From Selaginella moellendorffii (lineage: Eukaryota > Plantae > Lycopodiophyta): DNA of 64,000 nucleotides. Below, one piece after another: positions 50,501 through 62,208 of the stretch. Every line of letters starts with the position of its first letter. Position 1 is the stretch's first letter. The notes beneath the pieces are model-generated. The model was not told where the DNA came from. It ran no database searches and saw nothing but the letters and a program-made list of their open reading frames with translations. The stretch is from NCBI RefSeq assembly GCF_000143415.4, contig NW_003314262.1, forward strand, positions 534,078 through 598,077. Reading direction: 5' to 3'. Both the position numbers and the translations under genes were made by a program.

Positions 50501-50900
50501 AGGTTATTGTTGAAATGCACCTTGATGGCCGCATCCAATGCTTCCTTGTAGTTGGTTGGGTTCCAACGCATCACCTCACCGCGAGCCTAGGTTTGCAAAC
50601 CTGATATGAAGGCATGGAACCCATCCATATCCCCCATGTCCGTGACAAGTATCCTCCTTGCCATAAACCCATTCACATATTCTTGAATAGTTCCGGTTTG
50701 CTTCAGCCTACTCAGCTGGTCCCTTAGATGCAGAGTAGCATTCAGAGGAACATAAGTCGCGCGGATCCTCGCCTTCATCATTTCCCAAGTGGCCACCAGT
50801 CCTTCGTTAGCCTCTGTCGTTCTCCACCAAGACTTGGCATTATCTGCCAAGTATGGTTTTGCACATGGTACCTTCTCCGAGCTCGGTAACCGCAACGCTC
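47523..50900 (-). pseudogene. Element-2 gag-pol (gag, CCHC knuckle, protease, RT, RNase H, integrase N-half) with stops and frameshifts
   Basis: CYNCGEAEHFSREC; LIDTGA; [20 protein letters not shown]; [11 protein letters not shown]; [10 protein letters not shown]; VYIDDILI; DASNFALGAVL; HDGPFTGH..CPTCQ; FSTAYHPQT. Confidence 0.95.
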
Positions 50901-50902
50901 GG

Positions 50903-51925
50903 AAGCCTCCAAGTTCCTAACACCCCTTGGTACAATAAGACTTGATCATAGGACCCTCTAAATCCCAAGCCTTGGGTGCAACACTTGCTTCATGACATTA
51001 GGGTAAAACACCGTGGCTTAACGGCCCGGTATGGGTACCTCTACCCCCCGACTTCCTTCCCGAAGGGAAGGCCCAAGCCCCTAGGAAAGGCGAGGACCAA
51101 TGAGCCACAAGGCAACCAACTACAAGGAAGCGTTCGATGCGGCCATCAAGGTGCATTTCAACGATAACCTGCGAAAGGGGAACACGACGGGGTCGGGGTC
51201 CACGTTTAGCAAAGGGGCCAAACCAAGGGGAACGTATAGTAGAGGGAAATTCAAGAAGAGTTTCTCTAAGAATGAGTCCTCGGGGTTCCGGAAAGGCAAA
51301 TCCAGTGGCCAGCGAGCGAGTACGTGGGGGAGTCAAGCAAAAAGAGACAAACCCACGGATAAGAAAGTCAAGTCATATAGCAGTGTGGGAAACAATGTAT
51401 GCTACAACTGCGGTGAGGCGGAACACTTTTCGAGGGAATGTCCCTACTCGAAGAAGGCCAGAGCTAATTTGGCCATCAAGTCGGGTGAAGTCCAAATTAA
51501 GGTATGTGATCCCGTCCCTAACTCAAAGTTACTCATTACACAAGCAACTTTGGTAGAGAGTCGTTCACAACATCTACTAGCCCTCTGAGGGAAGCTCGGA
51601 GGTAGCTTTGTTAAGATCCTTATTGACACGGGTGCCTTGGATAATTTTGTGGTTGTAGACATAGTCCAGCAAGCCGGACTAACGGTGTAGCAGCTAGGCG
51701 AACCAAAGACTATAGAGTTTGTTCAAGGTAGCCAAAGCACCGATGAGGTACTTCAACAAGCGAGAGTCGAAGTAGGGACATGGAAAGTGGACATGGATTT
51801 CACCGTGTTGGACATGACATGATCTTTGGAATGGATTGGTTCAATCGGTTCGTGGTAGCCCTGCATGGACAAGGTAGAAACCTTGTGGTACTAGTGAATG
51901 CCCAAGGAAGAAGATCTAGGGTGGA
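50903..51925 (+). repeat. Inserted LTR fragment (50903-51111) plus inverted copy of gag-protease (51112-51925)
   Basis: 50903-51111 matches LTR 37697-37905; 51112-51925 is the reverse complement of ~49746-50558. Confidence 0.92.
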
Positions 51926-52782
51926 GGCGTTCGACTAGAGGCTCCAACTCTGGAGGAGGTTCCATCTCCACCTTGGTTCGTTTTCGCCCTGCCTTTGCCA
52001 TCTCCCAGCAATCCGCCTCTATCCTTCACTAGAACTGAGGAAAAGGCTCCGATACCAAATTGTAAGCCACAAACTTTTCCTTTCCAATTTGCCAGCTTAC
52101 CTCGTCTATTCGACCAACACTGCCTTGGCTTGTGCTAAGTTCCCTTGCCAAGGTTCCCGCCTATTGTACCAGCTCCTACTTGGTCTTACTTGGTTTCAAC
52201 TACTCACTGCACAAGCAACGAAGCATTAGCCATCCATCCAGGAATTTCCAAATCTTTCCCAATCCCCCTCCCCGGGTTAGACTGGACTTAAGGTTCAGCT
52301 ACACTCCCTGCAGGCACAAGCAGCTAAGCACACCAAGCCTCCAGGTTCCTAACACCCCTTGGTACAACAAGACTTGATCATGGGACCTTCTAAATCCCAA
52401 GGCTTGGGTGCAACACTTGCTTTAGGACATCGGGGCGAAACACCGTGGCCTAACGGCCCGGTATGGGTACCTCTACCCCCCACTTCCTTCCCAAAGGGAA
52501 GGCCCAAGGCCCTAGGAAGGGCGAGGACCAATGAGCCACAAGGTACTCAAGTGGGGCACCACTCCACATGAACCGGGAGCACTGCAATTGATTTCCCTTT
52601 CGAGAGTGGGAGCTGCTCTTGAGCACTTCCTTGGGTGGCCCCTCCAGCACCACCCAAGCCCATGCTCACTCCCACCCAAGGCCCCTCGGCCCCAGTCTCA
52701 ACCTCAAGTCAGTTTGGAAGCACCATTGGAGAGTTCCTTTAAGACTGGTTCCTAGACCTCACTATCCCTACTATACTTTTGG

Positions 52783-52815
<33 letters not shown>

Positions 52816-55800
52816 GAGACGCACGCTTTGGGCTTTCACCCCTTGACCCATATTAGTATTCGGACTCGGTCTCGGACTCGATCTAAGACCCGACTTCGGA
52901 CTCGGTCTCGGACTCGATCTCAGACTCGATCTCGGACCCGATCTCAGACTCGATCTCGGACTCGACTTTGGACTTGACCTCGGACTTGGTCTTAGACCTG
53001 ATTTGGATCTCAGACTCTGTCTCGAACTTGGGATCCGATTCGGCCTCGGGCTCGATCCGGGACTCTATCTCGAACTTGGTCTTAGAGTCGGTCTTGGACT
53101 CGATCTTCGACTTGGTCCCATCCAATGAACTCTTTGTCATTTTAGTCATGCTTTCGGGGATCCTTTAGCCTACGACATCTCGGGGAGTCGGTTCCTTACA
53201 GACACTCATTTTTCGGTGGTCATGGACTCTCAGTGAGGAGATTGGTTTGGGCATACTGCCAAGTAAAGGATGCCTCGGAGTCGTGATGCACGGTTAGGTT
53301 GCCTAGTGTGAAAGCTCAACATATCTAACTTGAACACTTTGGTGCAAAGTAGCACTAAAGTTGAGGTGAATGAGATGGGGACACCCAGTCTCAGTTGCTA
53401 TGGATCCTTGGCTGGAAGAGCTGACTTGGGCACACCACCAAGTGTGGGGAATGCCCTTGGGATCATAGTGAACAATCTAAAAGGTTTAGAAGATTTAGTT
53501 TCTATTGGTAGACTTGTTAAGAGGTCAAGATGAGATCATTAGGTGATCTTATGGTTAAACAAGGATAAAGTCTTTATTTAGGTTAAGGAACATAATTCTT
53601 AGTTCAAAGTGTTGATTTGAACTATTGATAATTGTGTGGCTTAGTCAAGGTGACCAAGTGGGAAGGACACCTAAAGGGAAATAAATTGTGCCGAAACAAT
53701 GGTATAATGAGTCCAAGAAAGTAGTCTCTAGGAAAGACCCATGGGAAGGTTGCAAAGTTGGGCTATGGACAGAGCCCGTAGTAAAAAATGCTAAAGAGAC
53801 ATACTAAGGGTGAGCACCTTCTGGATTCAGCAAATAAAGCTTTTGTTATAGAACTAAAAGGATACCTTGAGAATGGAGGTAGTAATCCTATGTTGTTTGG
53901 TGCAACAATCAAAGGATAAGAGCAAAACACTAGTGGCCAAGTGTGGGCTATGGAATTCATTGAAAGGAATCCAGATGACAAAGTTAGGCGAGAAGCACTA
54001 ATATGTTGGATGTTAATTGATTGTGGGAAAGGAAGTGTGTTTCCAAGGATGAATTCCCAAATGCTCCAATTTGGCAAAAGTGAAAGCTCCAAGGGAAGGA
54101 GTGGCAAGGTAGCCAAATGATAGAGTTGTGGACAACCTTAACACAACTTATGATAATTAGAACTTAGTGCCAAAGGTGGCATGAAATAGAAAAGAAGAGG
54201 ATGGTGCCCTCAAGTAGAGAACTCTCTAGGATGGGGAAGTGGAGTTTGCACAATATGTGCAATGAAAGGTGTCGGAGACACTTAGGAAATTGACTTCGAG
54301 AAGTCAAGACTAAAAGTTCCAAAGAGGAATGGTTATATCGATAGAAGTTAAAACTACTTGAGAATGAATAGTGGGATTGAGATAGAGAAGGTGTCTTTAA
54401 TGGGTCTAGTGAGAGCTAAACCAATAAAAGGGAAAGAACCACCACAAATGGTCAATTGAGTCTCTATGTTGGAGAGACTATGCTCCTTAGAGGATGGACA
54501 AGGTAGGGTGAGCCTTCGGTGTCCAACCCTTGACAAATATTGGCTAGGTGCCAATGATGGGAAGGGTAACACATGTTGGTATTACTTTATAAAATAGTTT
54601 ATCGTTTGATGAGGACATCGAATTTTGTCTATGGGTGGTGGAGTTGTGAGACACAAATCCCTAAGCCCCAAGATGGAGTCCGAGATGGACCTGAGATGAA
54701 GTTTGAAATGGAGTCTGAGATGGACTCGAGATGGAGTCCAAGATGGACTGAGATGGACTTGAGATGGACTCGAGATGGAGTCTGAGACGGAGTCCAAGAT
54801 GGACCCGAGATGGAGTCTAAGATGGAATCTGAGATGGACTCGAGATGGAGTTCGAGATGGAGTTTGAGATGGACCCGAGATGGAGTCCAAGATGGACCCA
54901 AGATGGAGTCCAAGATGGACTGAGATGGAGTCCAAGATGGAGTCTGAGATGGACTCGAGATGGAATCCGAGAAGGACCCAAGATGGAGTCCAAGGTCGAG
55001 ACTGAGACCGAGACCGAGACTGAGACTGAGACCGGGACTAGGACCAAGGCTGAGACCAAGACCGAGGCCGAGATCAAGGCCAAGGCTATGTTCGAGTCTG
55101 AGTCCAAGTCCAAGTTCGAGTCCGAGTCCGAGTTCGAGTCCAAGTCCGAGTTCAAGTCCAAGGGTGAAAGCCCAAAGCATTCATCTCCCAAACCCTTGGG
55201 GGTTTAGTGAGCTCCAAAAGTATAATAGGGGGAGGACTCTAGTGGAGCCAATTTGGCTCAGAAAGGCTGTACCCAGGTGTTGGGTGATGGGATAACCACT
55301 GGGAAGTCCAAGGTTAGAGTGAATACGGACTAACAAGCAGAGTAGCTTGGTGAAGTGTTCAAGAGCCAACTCTAGTTCTCCCGAGAGATCAAATGGTCAA
55401 TACTCCCAATCCAAGTATGGGTGGCACTACCTACTTGAATACCTCCCCACCTTTTGCCTTTTAGTGCTCTAGCCATGGGCTTAGAGTGAGGTTCCGTTGA
55501 GCTATGCTAGAGTACCCATGAGGCTAGCGTAAGGCCACGGTGTTCCGAAATGTTGTCCCAAAGTCCTAGATTGTGAAAAGGAAGAGGAGCAATCCTTTAA
55601 TGCAGTGACTAAGGATACAATCATTTGGTGAAGAAGTCCCAAAAGACAGTGGGACTTAGAGGTTGGGTCTGCGGGCTTTGTTCCAGTGGTAGTGTTGGCG
55701 AACACGGCCATAGATAGAAAAGGACTTGGTGGGGACTGAAAAAAAAGATATTGGGGAAGGTTATTACCTACATCTCCAGACATCCTAAGGATGTTAAAGA

Positions 55801-56193
55801 GTGGATCTGAGATGACCACTCATGGACGGATGGCTCAATCTTGGAGAGACAGGACTGTGATCTAGGTGGTATTGAACCACCAATATGGCAAAGGTAATTG
55901 GGCATGGCCGTAGCGTAACAAGTTGATATATTGATGATACCTTTGAGTGTCGGTCATGGGATTAAACATGTGGAACACTTGGACCAAGTGCAAAGGTTGA
56001 ATGGCAAGGATGCCATTCTTGGGGCTAACAAGTCCTAAATCCGAAATAAGACTTACGAAGGTTATGAGTGAGACTTTGTTAGCCCCAAATCCGGAATAAG
56101 ACTTACAAAGGTTATGAGTGAGACTTCTCCAAGTGGTTGAAGGTATGGTTAAGTGACCAAAGTAAAATGGAAAATTTAGTCACTTACACTTGC

Positions 56194-56600
56194 CACTACA
56201 TAAAAAACCCCTCATTTCTTTGATCTATTTTAGGGCAAAATGTCCTAAGATCTAGGCATTGTGTGATGTGAGACTTGAGATTTAGGATTGAATTGTTTTG
56301 GGGTCTAAGTTGAAAAATGAAGATTAGGGCTATAAGCTCTTATTAATGGATCTACATAGATTGGTGGATTTGTTGAGATGAGCTTTTAGTTGCAAGTACT
56401 ACAAAAACTTTTATGATTGAGGCAAAGAGTGAGGATTTCTACAATAATTTGCAACTATACAAAAGCTTTAATTGATTTGATTGCTTTTCTAATAGGTATA
56501 TTTTTTTTTTTGATTTTTTTATTAAAATTATTATCATTAATATTTAAAATATATTTATATTTATATATTTTACAAGGTATATAAAAGCATATTCTTTTCT
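56194..56600 (+). mobile_element. Possible CACTA terminal remnant
   Basis: Starts CACTACATAAAAAA immediately after the element-1 TSD, followed by AT-rich sequence; partner terminus not found. Confidence 0.3.
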
Positions 56601-56674
56601 TTCAGAATACATAAGGAATTTTGAGGCAGCCTGACTGCCAAACATGAAAAGCCAATCCTCGAAGAGATTCTCGC

Positions 56675-57150
56675 CTCGTCTCCCGTGTGGGAGCCACTCA
56701 AAGTCGCGGTGGAGGCAACCAAGGCAGGGAAGGCGAATCAAGGACAGAATTCCACTAGAGAGCTGGAGTGATCTGGATCAGAGGGTGGTGCTCATGGGCG
56801 ATGGTAAGTTTTTTATGAGGTTTTGTGTGGAGAAGTTACATGAATATCTTCCCCGGCCAAGGAGCAAGAACAGCCTTCGAAGACGCACATCAGCTTTGTG
56901 AGCTTCTCTCCCCCGCCCTCGCAGCTGGAAATCCGGAAGATCTCAAGCGAGCAGAGATCAGGTAAAGTTCTGTGAAGTCTCATGACGATCAGAAGTTATA
57001 ACGCAAATTCTTTCAAACAGGTTCGAATCCCTCACATGACAATGTTCCAAAACTAAGCCGACTTCATACCGGACAGTTGACGCCCTCAGATCAGAGGGGC
57101 CGGATGAAGGAATTTCAACACTGGGCCGCTAGTTACCTGCAACATGACTG
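56675..57150 (+). pseudogene. FAD-dependent monooxygenase 3' fragment (A2) with deletions
   Basis: RRIKDRIPLESWSDLDQRVVLMGD; shares diagnostic bases with A1 (tggatcagag, tcagatcagagg, catgactg). Confidence 0.85.
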
Positions 57151-58050
57151 ATTTAGACGTATTTTATAACGGCCGGTACGAATAAGAGACGGGGTGAGTA
57201 ACAGCGCGAACATAGTAGCGAGTGAGCAGGAATTAATTCCGTTTCATACAAAATAATAAATTCAACTGCAATGTGAATTATTTATATTCTGTTTTGGCAG
57301 TTTTGTGGTGCCTAACAAAAAACATAAGACTGCAAACAAGTTTGCAAGTTTGTTGTGGAGGTCTTCTCGCTCCCTCCATTCCCACACTCACATTCCTTCA
57401 TCTCCCTCGGTCCTGGCTCCCGACACACCCCTCCCTTTCTCGCTCCAGGAGGTGTCCCTTTGCGTTTACCAGCTTTGTGGCCCGAGGCCTCGCCTTTGCT
57501 CTTCTAAGCAGGAGACTCATGGGTGCAAGAATGCTGTTTTAACAATCTCTCAATCCAATACTCAAATGAATCTTTCTTGATGAATTGTGGCAGGTGCTGC
57601 TGCCAGGTCAGCTTGTCCCCCAAGTGCATCGATCGTTTGCTTTGCTAAAACATGTTTAGTAGAAGTATTTGTATTATGCCAAGTTATAATTCTACATTTA
57701 CTTTATTTTATTCTTAATCTGAGCGTAGCTGTATGGGGTGCTTTGTATGTAGTCAAACTTGATCGGAGGTGGAGCCATTGAAGTTGCTGATCCTAAATAA
57801 ATCCAATGCACTCTTGGCGAAGATGGGCCAAACGATCTTTCTAAGGATAATCATAAACAGAACGTGAGATTGTAACTGGTCTCTGAAACCGTGGCTGGCT
57901 TGCTGAAAAATAAAATCACCAAAGGGCATCTCATGACAACAGGAATATTTAGTTCAGATTTTATTTGATTTTCTTAATGCTCAAGATTTTTTTAACATCC
58001 CAGGTACGAATCCCTGTACGAACAGTTGGAAGAGCGTGGACAAGCGGGTG

Positions 58051-59495
58051 ATGGAAGTGGCCATAGTTGGCGCGGGGCTGGCCGGCCTTGCGCTTGCCGC
58101 AGGCCTACATTCTCGAGGAATTCAAGCTCATGTCTTCGAGAAATCCCCAAACCTCATCGTGGACACCGCCACGGCCACCAGCCTCGGTCCCAATGGTATA
58201 GATCTCCTAATCTTTCCTCTCCAACGGATTGGATTGATGCGCAGCCAGCCGCGCCTTGGATGGCATCAGTGTCGGCCTCTCGGCGGCGATCAAATCGGTC
58301 GCGAGCATCACCAAAACAACCAAGGTCACATTCTGTGGATCGCGCAATGGCGAGGAGACCTTTGTGACGAGGTATGATGGTGTCCGGGACGACGAGTTCT
58401 ACGTCGTGAAATGGCGCAGCGCCAGATCCATCCTCGCCTCGCGCGTCCCAGCTCTGTACATCCACTGCTCCCACGCGCTCCTCGACTACCGCCTGGAAGA
58501 TCAATCCGTGGCGCTGCGATTCCAGTGCGGCGGCGAGGTCGCGATATTCCGCGCCAAGTTCGTGGTGGGCGCCGATGGAATCAACTCGGCGGTGAGGCGA
58601 GCGATGTATCCCGCCGATCGCCCGCGGGATCTCCATCTCATCAACTGGAACGCGCTCGTCCACAATCCTGGGAGATTTTCGGTGCACGATCGCGACCAGA
58701 TCGCAAGCATCCGGAAGGGCCCATCAGTGTCCTTCCTCGTCGACGCCGGTACGGTGCTCTTGTACGGAAATTGACACTGTTCTTGCTGCTCTAGGCGAGG
58801 ATTACACGCTGTGGGTGCTTAGAGTTGAGGATCGCAGCACAGCGAAGGGATCCAGCGATGGATTTTGCGATGAATCCGGCAAGGCGAGGGTGCTGCAAGA
58901 GATTGACAAGCTTCTGGGCTCGTCTCCCGCGTGGGAGCCGCTCAAAGTCGCGGTGGAAGCAACCGAGGCGGGGCAGATATTCCAGAGGAGAATCAAGGAC
59001 CGAATTCCACTCGATAGCTGGAGCGATCTCAATCACAGGGTGGTGCTCATGGGCGATGGTAAGTTTTTGAGAAACACACGAGTCTCTTAGAATCTCGCGT
59101 TTTAGCTGCGCATGCGATGCATTGGGGCCCCGGCCAAGGAGCACGAACAGCCTTCGAAGACGCACATCAGCTCTGTGAGCTTCTCTCGCCCGCCCTCGCG
59201 GCTGGAAGTCCTGAAGATCTCAAACGAGCAGTGATCAGGTAAAGTTGTGTGACGATCAGATCATAAGTTGTCCCGCGAGGTTTCCTCAAACAGGTATGAA
59301 GAGCTTCGAATCCCTCGCATGACAAGGATCCAAAACTTCGCAGCAGAGACAACTTCCATAGCCGACTTTATGCCGGCTTGGGTGACGGAGTTGACGCCCG
59401 GGGATCTGTGGGGCCGGTGGAAGGAATTTCAACAATGGGCCGCTAGTTACCCGCTAAACATTACTGGCGATCCAGATTCAACATACTTCAAGTAA
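58051..59495 (+). CDS. FAD-dependent monooxygenase (group A flavoprotein hydroxylase, FAD_binding_3), 5 exons, apparently intact
   Basis: VAIVGAGLAGL..VFEK; GPN|ASRALD via intron ~58196-58244; VVGADGINSAVR; VVLMGD|AAHAMHWGPGQGARTAFEDA; YEELRIPR; short GT-AG introns keep the frame. Confidence 0.88.
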
Positions 59496-59554
59496 AATGC
59501 GGATTATTTTAATGAGCAATATATTTTTCTTACTTGGGTATTAACTAGAAACAT

Positions 59555-59607
59555 CGACAACGGTGGGATTCGGACCCACGACCTTCAGATCCGAAGTCTG
59601 ACGCGCT
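59555..59607 (-). tRNA. 5'-truncated tRNA-Arg(UCG) pseudogene
   Basis: Minus strand agcgcg tcaga cttcgga tctga aggtc gtggg tccgaat cccac cgttgtcg: anticodon arm with TCG, T-arm with a T>C change; 5' acceptor strand and D-arm missing. Confidence 0.7.
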
Positions 59608-60025
59608 CAACAATTTCTCGAAATGTATAAAAACAATATAAAACTATTCCCATATCAATCATGGTTTTATATATTTCTGGAATGAATAAAAACAATAGGA
59701 AACCACTCCCACATCTCTATCATATGCTACAAAATGTCTAGTAAAACGTAAGTCCAAGTTATCTACGCGGACTTAACGCGCCTACTTTTGACGCGAAAAA
59801 AAAAACAGAGCAGAAAAAAAAAGGCAAAATTCCGTGAGGAAAAGGGGGGGTTCTTAGTTGGAAGGCACAACACGGGTCTCTTGTGAGTTGCCTAGTGTCT
59901 CTCAAGCGCTGTTTTCTTGGTGATCTCTCCCTCTCTGCCTCTTGCGCTGTGGCTTGTGTTTGAGCCACGAGGTCCTCCAGCGCAAAAAGAAGAACAGGAG
60001 CAAGTACAAAACAAAGGTATTCAAG

Positions 60026-62092
60026 ATGGTTCTCACAATGACCTCCGAGGCGGACACCAGCCTCCAGTCCACGTTTGCTTCTCGCTACTCGCAATCCTCG
60101 GTGTCAAGGTAAGAAGAAAACCATCCCGAGTTCTCGACCAAAATCGCATTTTTTCGCCTCGCCACGAGTGGATCTGGCCCTGCCGAGATCCATCCTGGGA
60201 TTTGTCTCTCGAGATGTCGAGGCTCACTTCTTTTCATTTCTCTAGGTACCGCATTCCCGACCAAGAGACGCCCAAGGATGCCGCCTATCAGATCATCTCG
60301 GACGAGCTCATGCTGGATGGAAATCCTCGTCTCAATCTCGCCTCCTTCGTCACCACTTGGATGGAGCCCGAGTGTGACAAGCTCGTCATGGCCTCGCTCA
60401 ACAAGAATTACATCGATATGGACGAGTATCCGGTGACCACAGAGCTCCAGGTTCGAAAAGAAAATATCTCTCGAGCATGACTTTGCATGTTTGCATTGTT
60501 TTTTTTAATGGTTTTTCGTGAAACGCTAGCGTTTTTTTTTTCTCTTAAATTAATGGTTTTTTGTTTTGCTCGTAGGATCGATGCGTGAACATGATCGCTC
60601 GGCTGTTCAATGCTCCAGTGGGAGACTCGGAGCAAGCAATTGGAGCTGGAACTATTGGTTCTTCCGAGGCGATAATGCTGGCCGGTTTAGCTCTCAAGCG
60701 AAAGTGGCAAAACAAGAGGAAGGCCGAAGGAAAGCCATGGGATAAGCCAAACATTGTCACTGGATCAAACGTCCAGGTTGGTTTCTCTTCAGTTTCGTCA
60801 ATGAAGTTTTGTTTTGTGCATCTTTTCTTGGAGAGAATGCTGAGAACTGTTGATGAAATCACCACAGGTTTGCTGGGAGAAATTCGCTCGCTACTTTGAA
60901 GTGGAGCTCAAGGAAGTGAAGCTGAGCAAGGATTACTACGTGATGGATCCACACAAGGCGGTGGAGATGGTGGACGAGAACACCATTTGCATTGCAGCCA
61001 TCCTTGGTTCCACTTACAACGGAGAGTTCGAAGACGTGAAGCTCCTCAACGAGCTCTTGGAAAAAAAGAACAAAGACACTGGGTAAAAGATCTCTTTGTG
61101 TTCGTCGAGGAAAAGCTTGAAACTTTTCTTTTTTTTTGGCCTTAGATGGAATACTCCTATCCACGTTGATGCCGCCAGTGGAGGATTCATCGCTCCATTC
61201 CTCTATCCAGATTTGGAGTGGGATTTTCGATTGCCTCTTGTCAAGAGCATCAATGTGAGTGGCCACAAGTATGGATTGGTGTACGCTGGGATTGGCTGGG
61301 TTATCTGGAGAGGCAAGGAAGATCTTCCGGAAGAGCTCGTCTTCCACATCAATTATCTTGGGGCCGACCAGCCAACTTTCACTCTCAATTTTTCCAAAGG
61401 TTCTTTGAGTGTTCTTTTGTTCTATCACTCTCTTACCATTCTCTCTTTTACCACAGGTGCTAGTCAGATTATAGCTCAGTATTACCAGCTCATTCGTCTC
61501 GGCTTCAGGGTAAGTTTAAGAACAAAGAACAATCTCCTTTTTCTTATGGATTTCTACACAGGGATACAAGTCTATCATGCAAAACTGCCAAGCCAATGCT
61601 AAAATCCTGGCTGATGCTCTCGTTGCCACTGGCCGCTTCGTCATTCTCTCCAAGGAAATTGGAGTTCCAGTGGTAGCGTTCTCGCTCAAAGACCGCAAGA
61701 ACCACGACGAGTACGAGATTGCTGACCATCTCCGCCGCTACGGCTGGATCGTTCCTGCTTACACCATGGCTCCGGATGCCCAGGATGTTACGCTGCTCCG
61801 AGTCGTTGTCCGGGAGGACTTTAGCAGGACTCTGGCCGATCGTCTCGTCTCCGACATTGTTGCGGTGTTCAAGTACCTGGACGCTCATCCCCCTCGGCTA
61901 ATCCAGGCTGTAACCGAAGCTTTAGCCAAGGATCCGGAGGTCAAGAAAGAGCTCTTAGATGCCGAACCGGGGGAGGTGAAGGCCCAGCTGGATCTACGAA
62001 AGAGTTCCGTGTTTGAGGACATTCGCAACTCGCAGCGAGCTTTCAAGGTCTGGAAGAAGTTCGCGCTAAGCAAAACAAACGGTGTCTGCTGA
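60026..62092 (+). CDS. GAD: Glutamate decarboxylase (PLP-dependent, C-terminal calmodulin-binding domain), multi-exon
   Basis: STFASRY; [24 protein letters not shown]; [12 protein letters not shown]; [10 protein letters not shown]; INVSGHKYG; C-terminus [13 protein letters not shown]. Confidence 0.97.
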
Positions 62093-62208
62093 GACTGGTG
62101 ACTCTCGAAGTGCACATCCTATATATTTAAACCTGTGGCAAAGAAACCATTGATTGGTATTGAATCAACTATATAGATATAAACACGCACCTGATGGAGG
62201 ATGGTCTC

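Larger units (their letters stand above)
37422..53200 (-). mobile_element. LTR retroelement 2: Ty3/gypsy chromovirus nested in element 1; pol disrupted
   Basis: LTRs 37422-38594 and 52061-53200; TSD GACAC at 37417-21 and 53201-05; minus-strand PBS TGGTATCGGAGC at 52046-57; PPT at 38595-38610; gag-PR-RT-RH-IN-chromodomain order. Confidence 0.95.
32636..56188 (+). mobile_element. LTR retroelement 1 (outermost; internal region non-coding, LARD-like)
   Basis: LTRs 32636-34829 and 54645-56188 (TGTGAG..TTACA); 5-bp TSD CTTGC at 32631-35 and 56189-93; tRNA-Met PBS TGGTATCAGAG at 34833; PPT ATGGGTGGTGGAGT before 54645; no long ORF in 34830-37421 or 53201-54644. Confidence 0.92.

Noticed and set aside
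31313-57150. Idea that the two monooxygenase fragments are one gene split by the TE nest
   Set aside because: The TSDs lie hundreds of bp from the fragments, the halves are not contiguous, and they resemble different paralogs (B versus A)
57165-57245. GC-richer stretch that might be an ncRNA
   Set aside because: No recognisable snRNA, snoRNA or tRNA motif on either strand
29223-62092. Biosynthetic gene cluster (monooxygenase + decarboxylase + glycosyltransferase)
   Set aside because: GAD and EPC1/GT64 look like conserved primary-metabolism orthologs; there is no scaffold enzyme and no co-expression evidence
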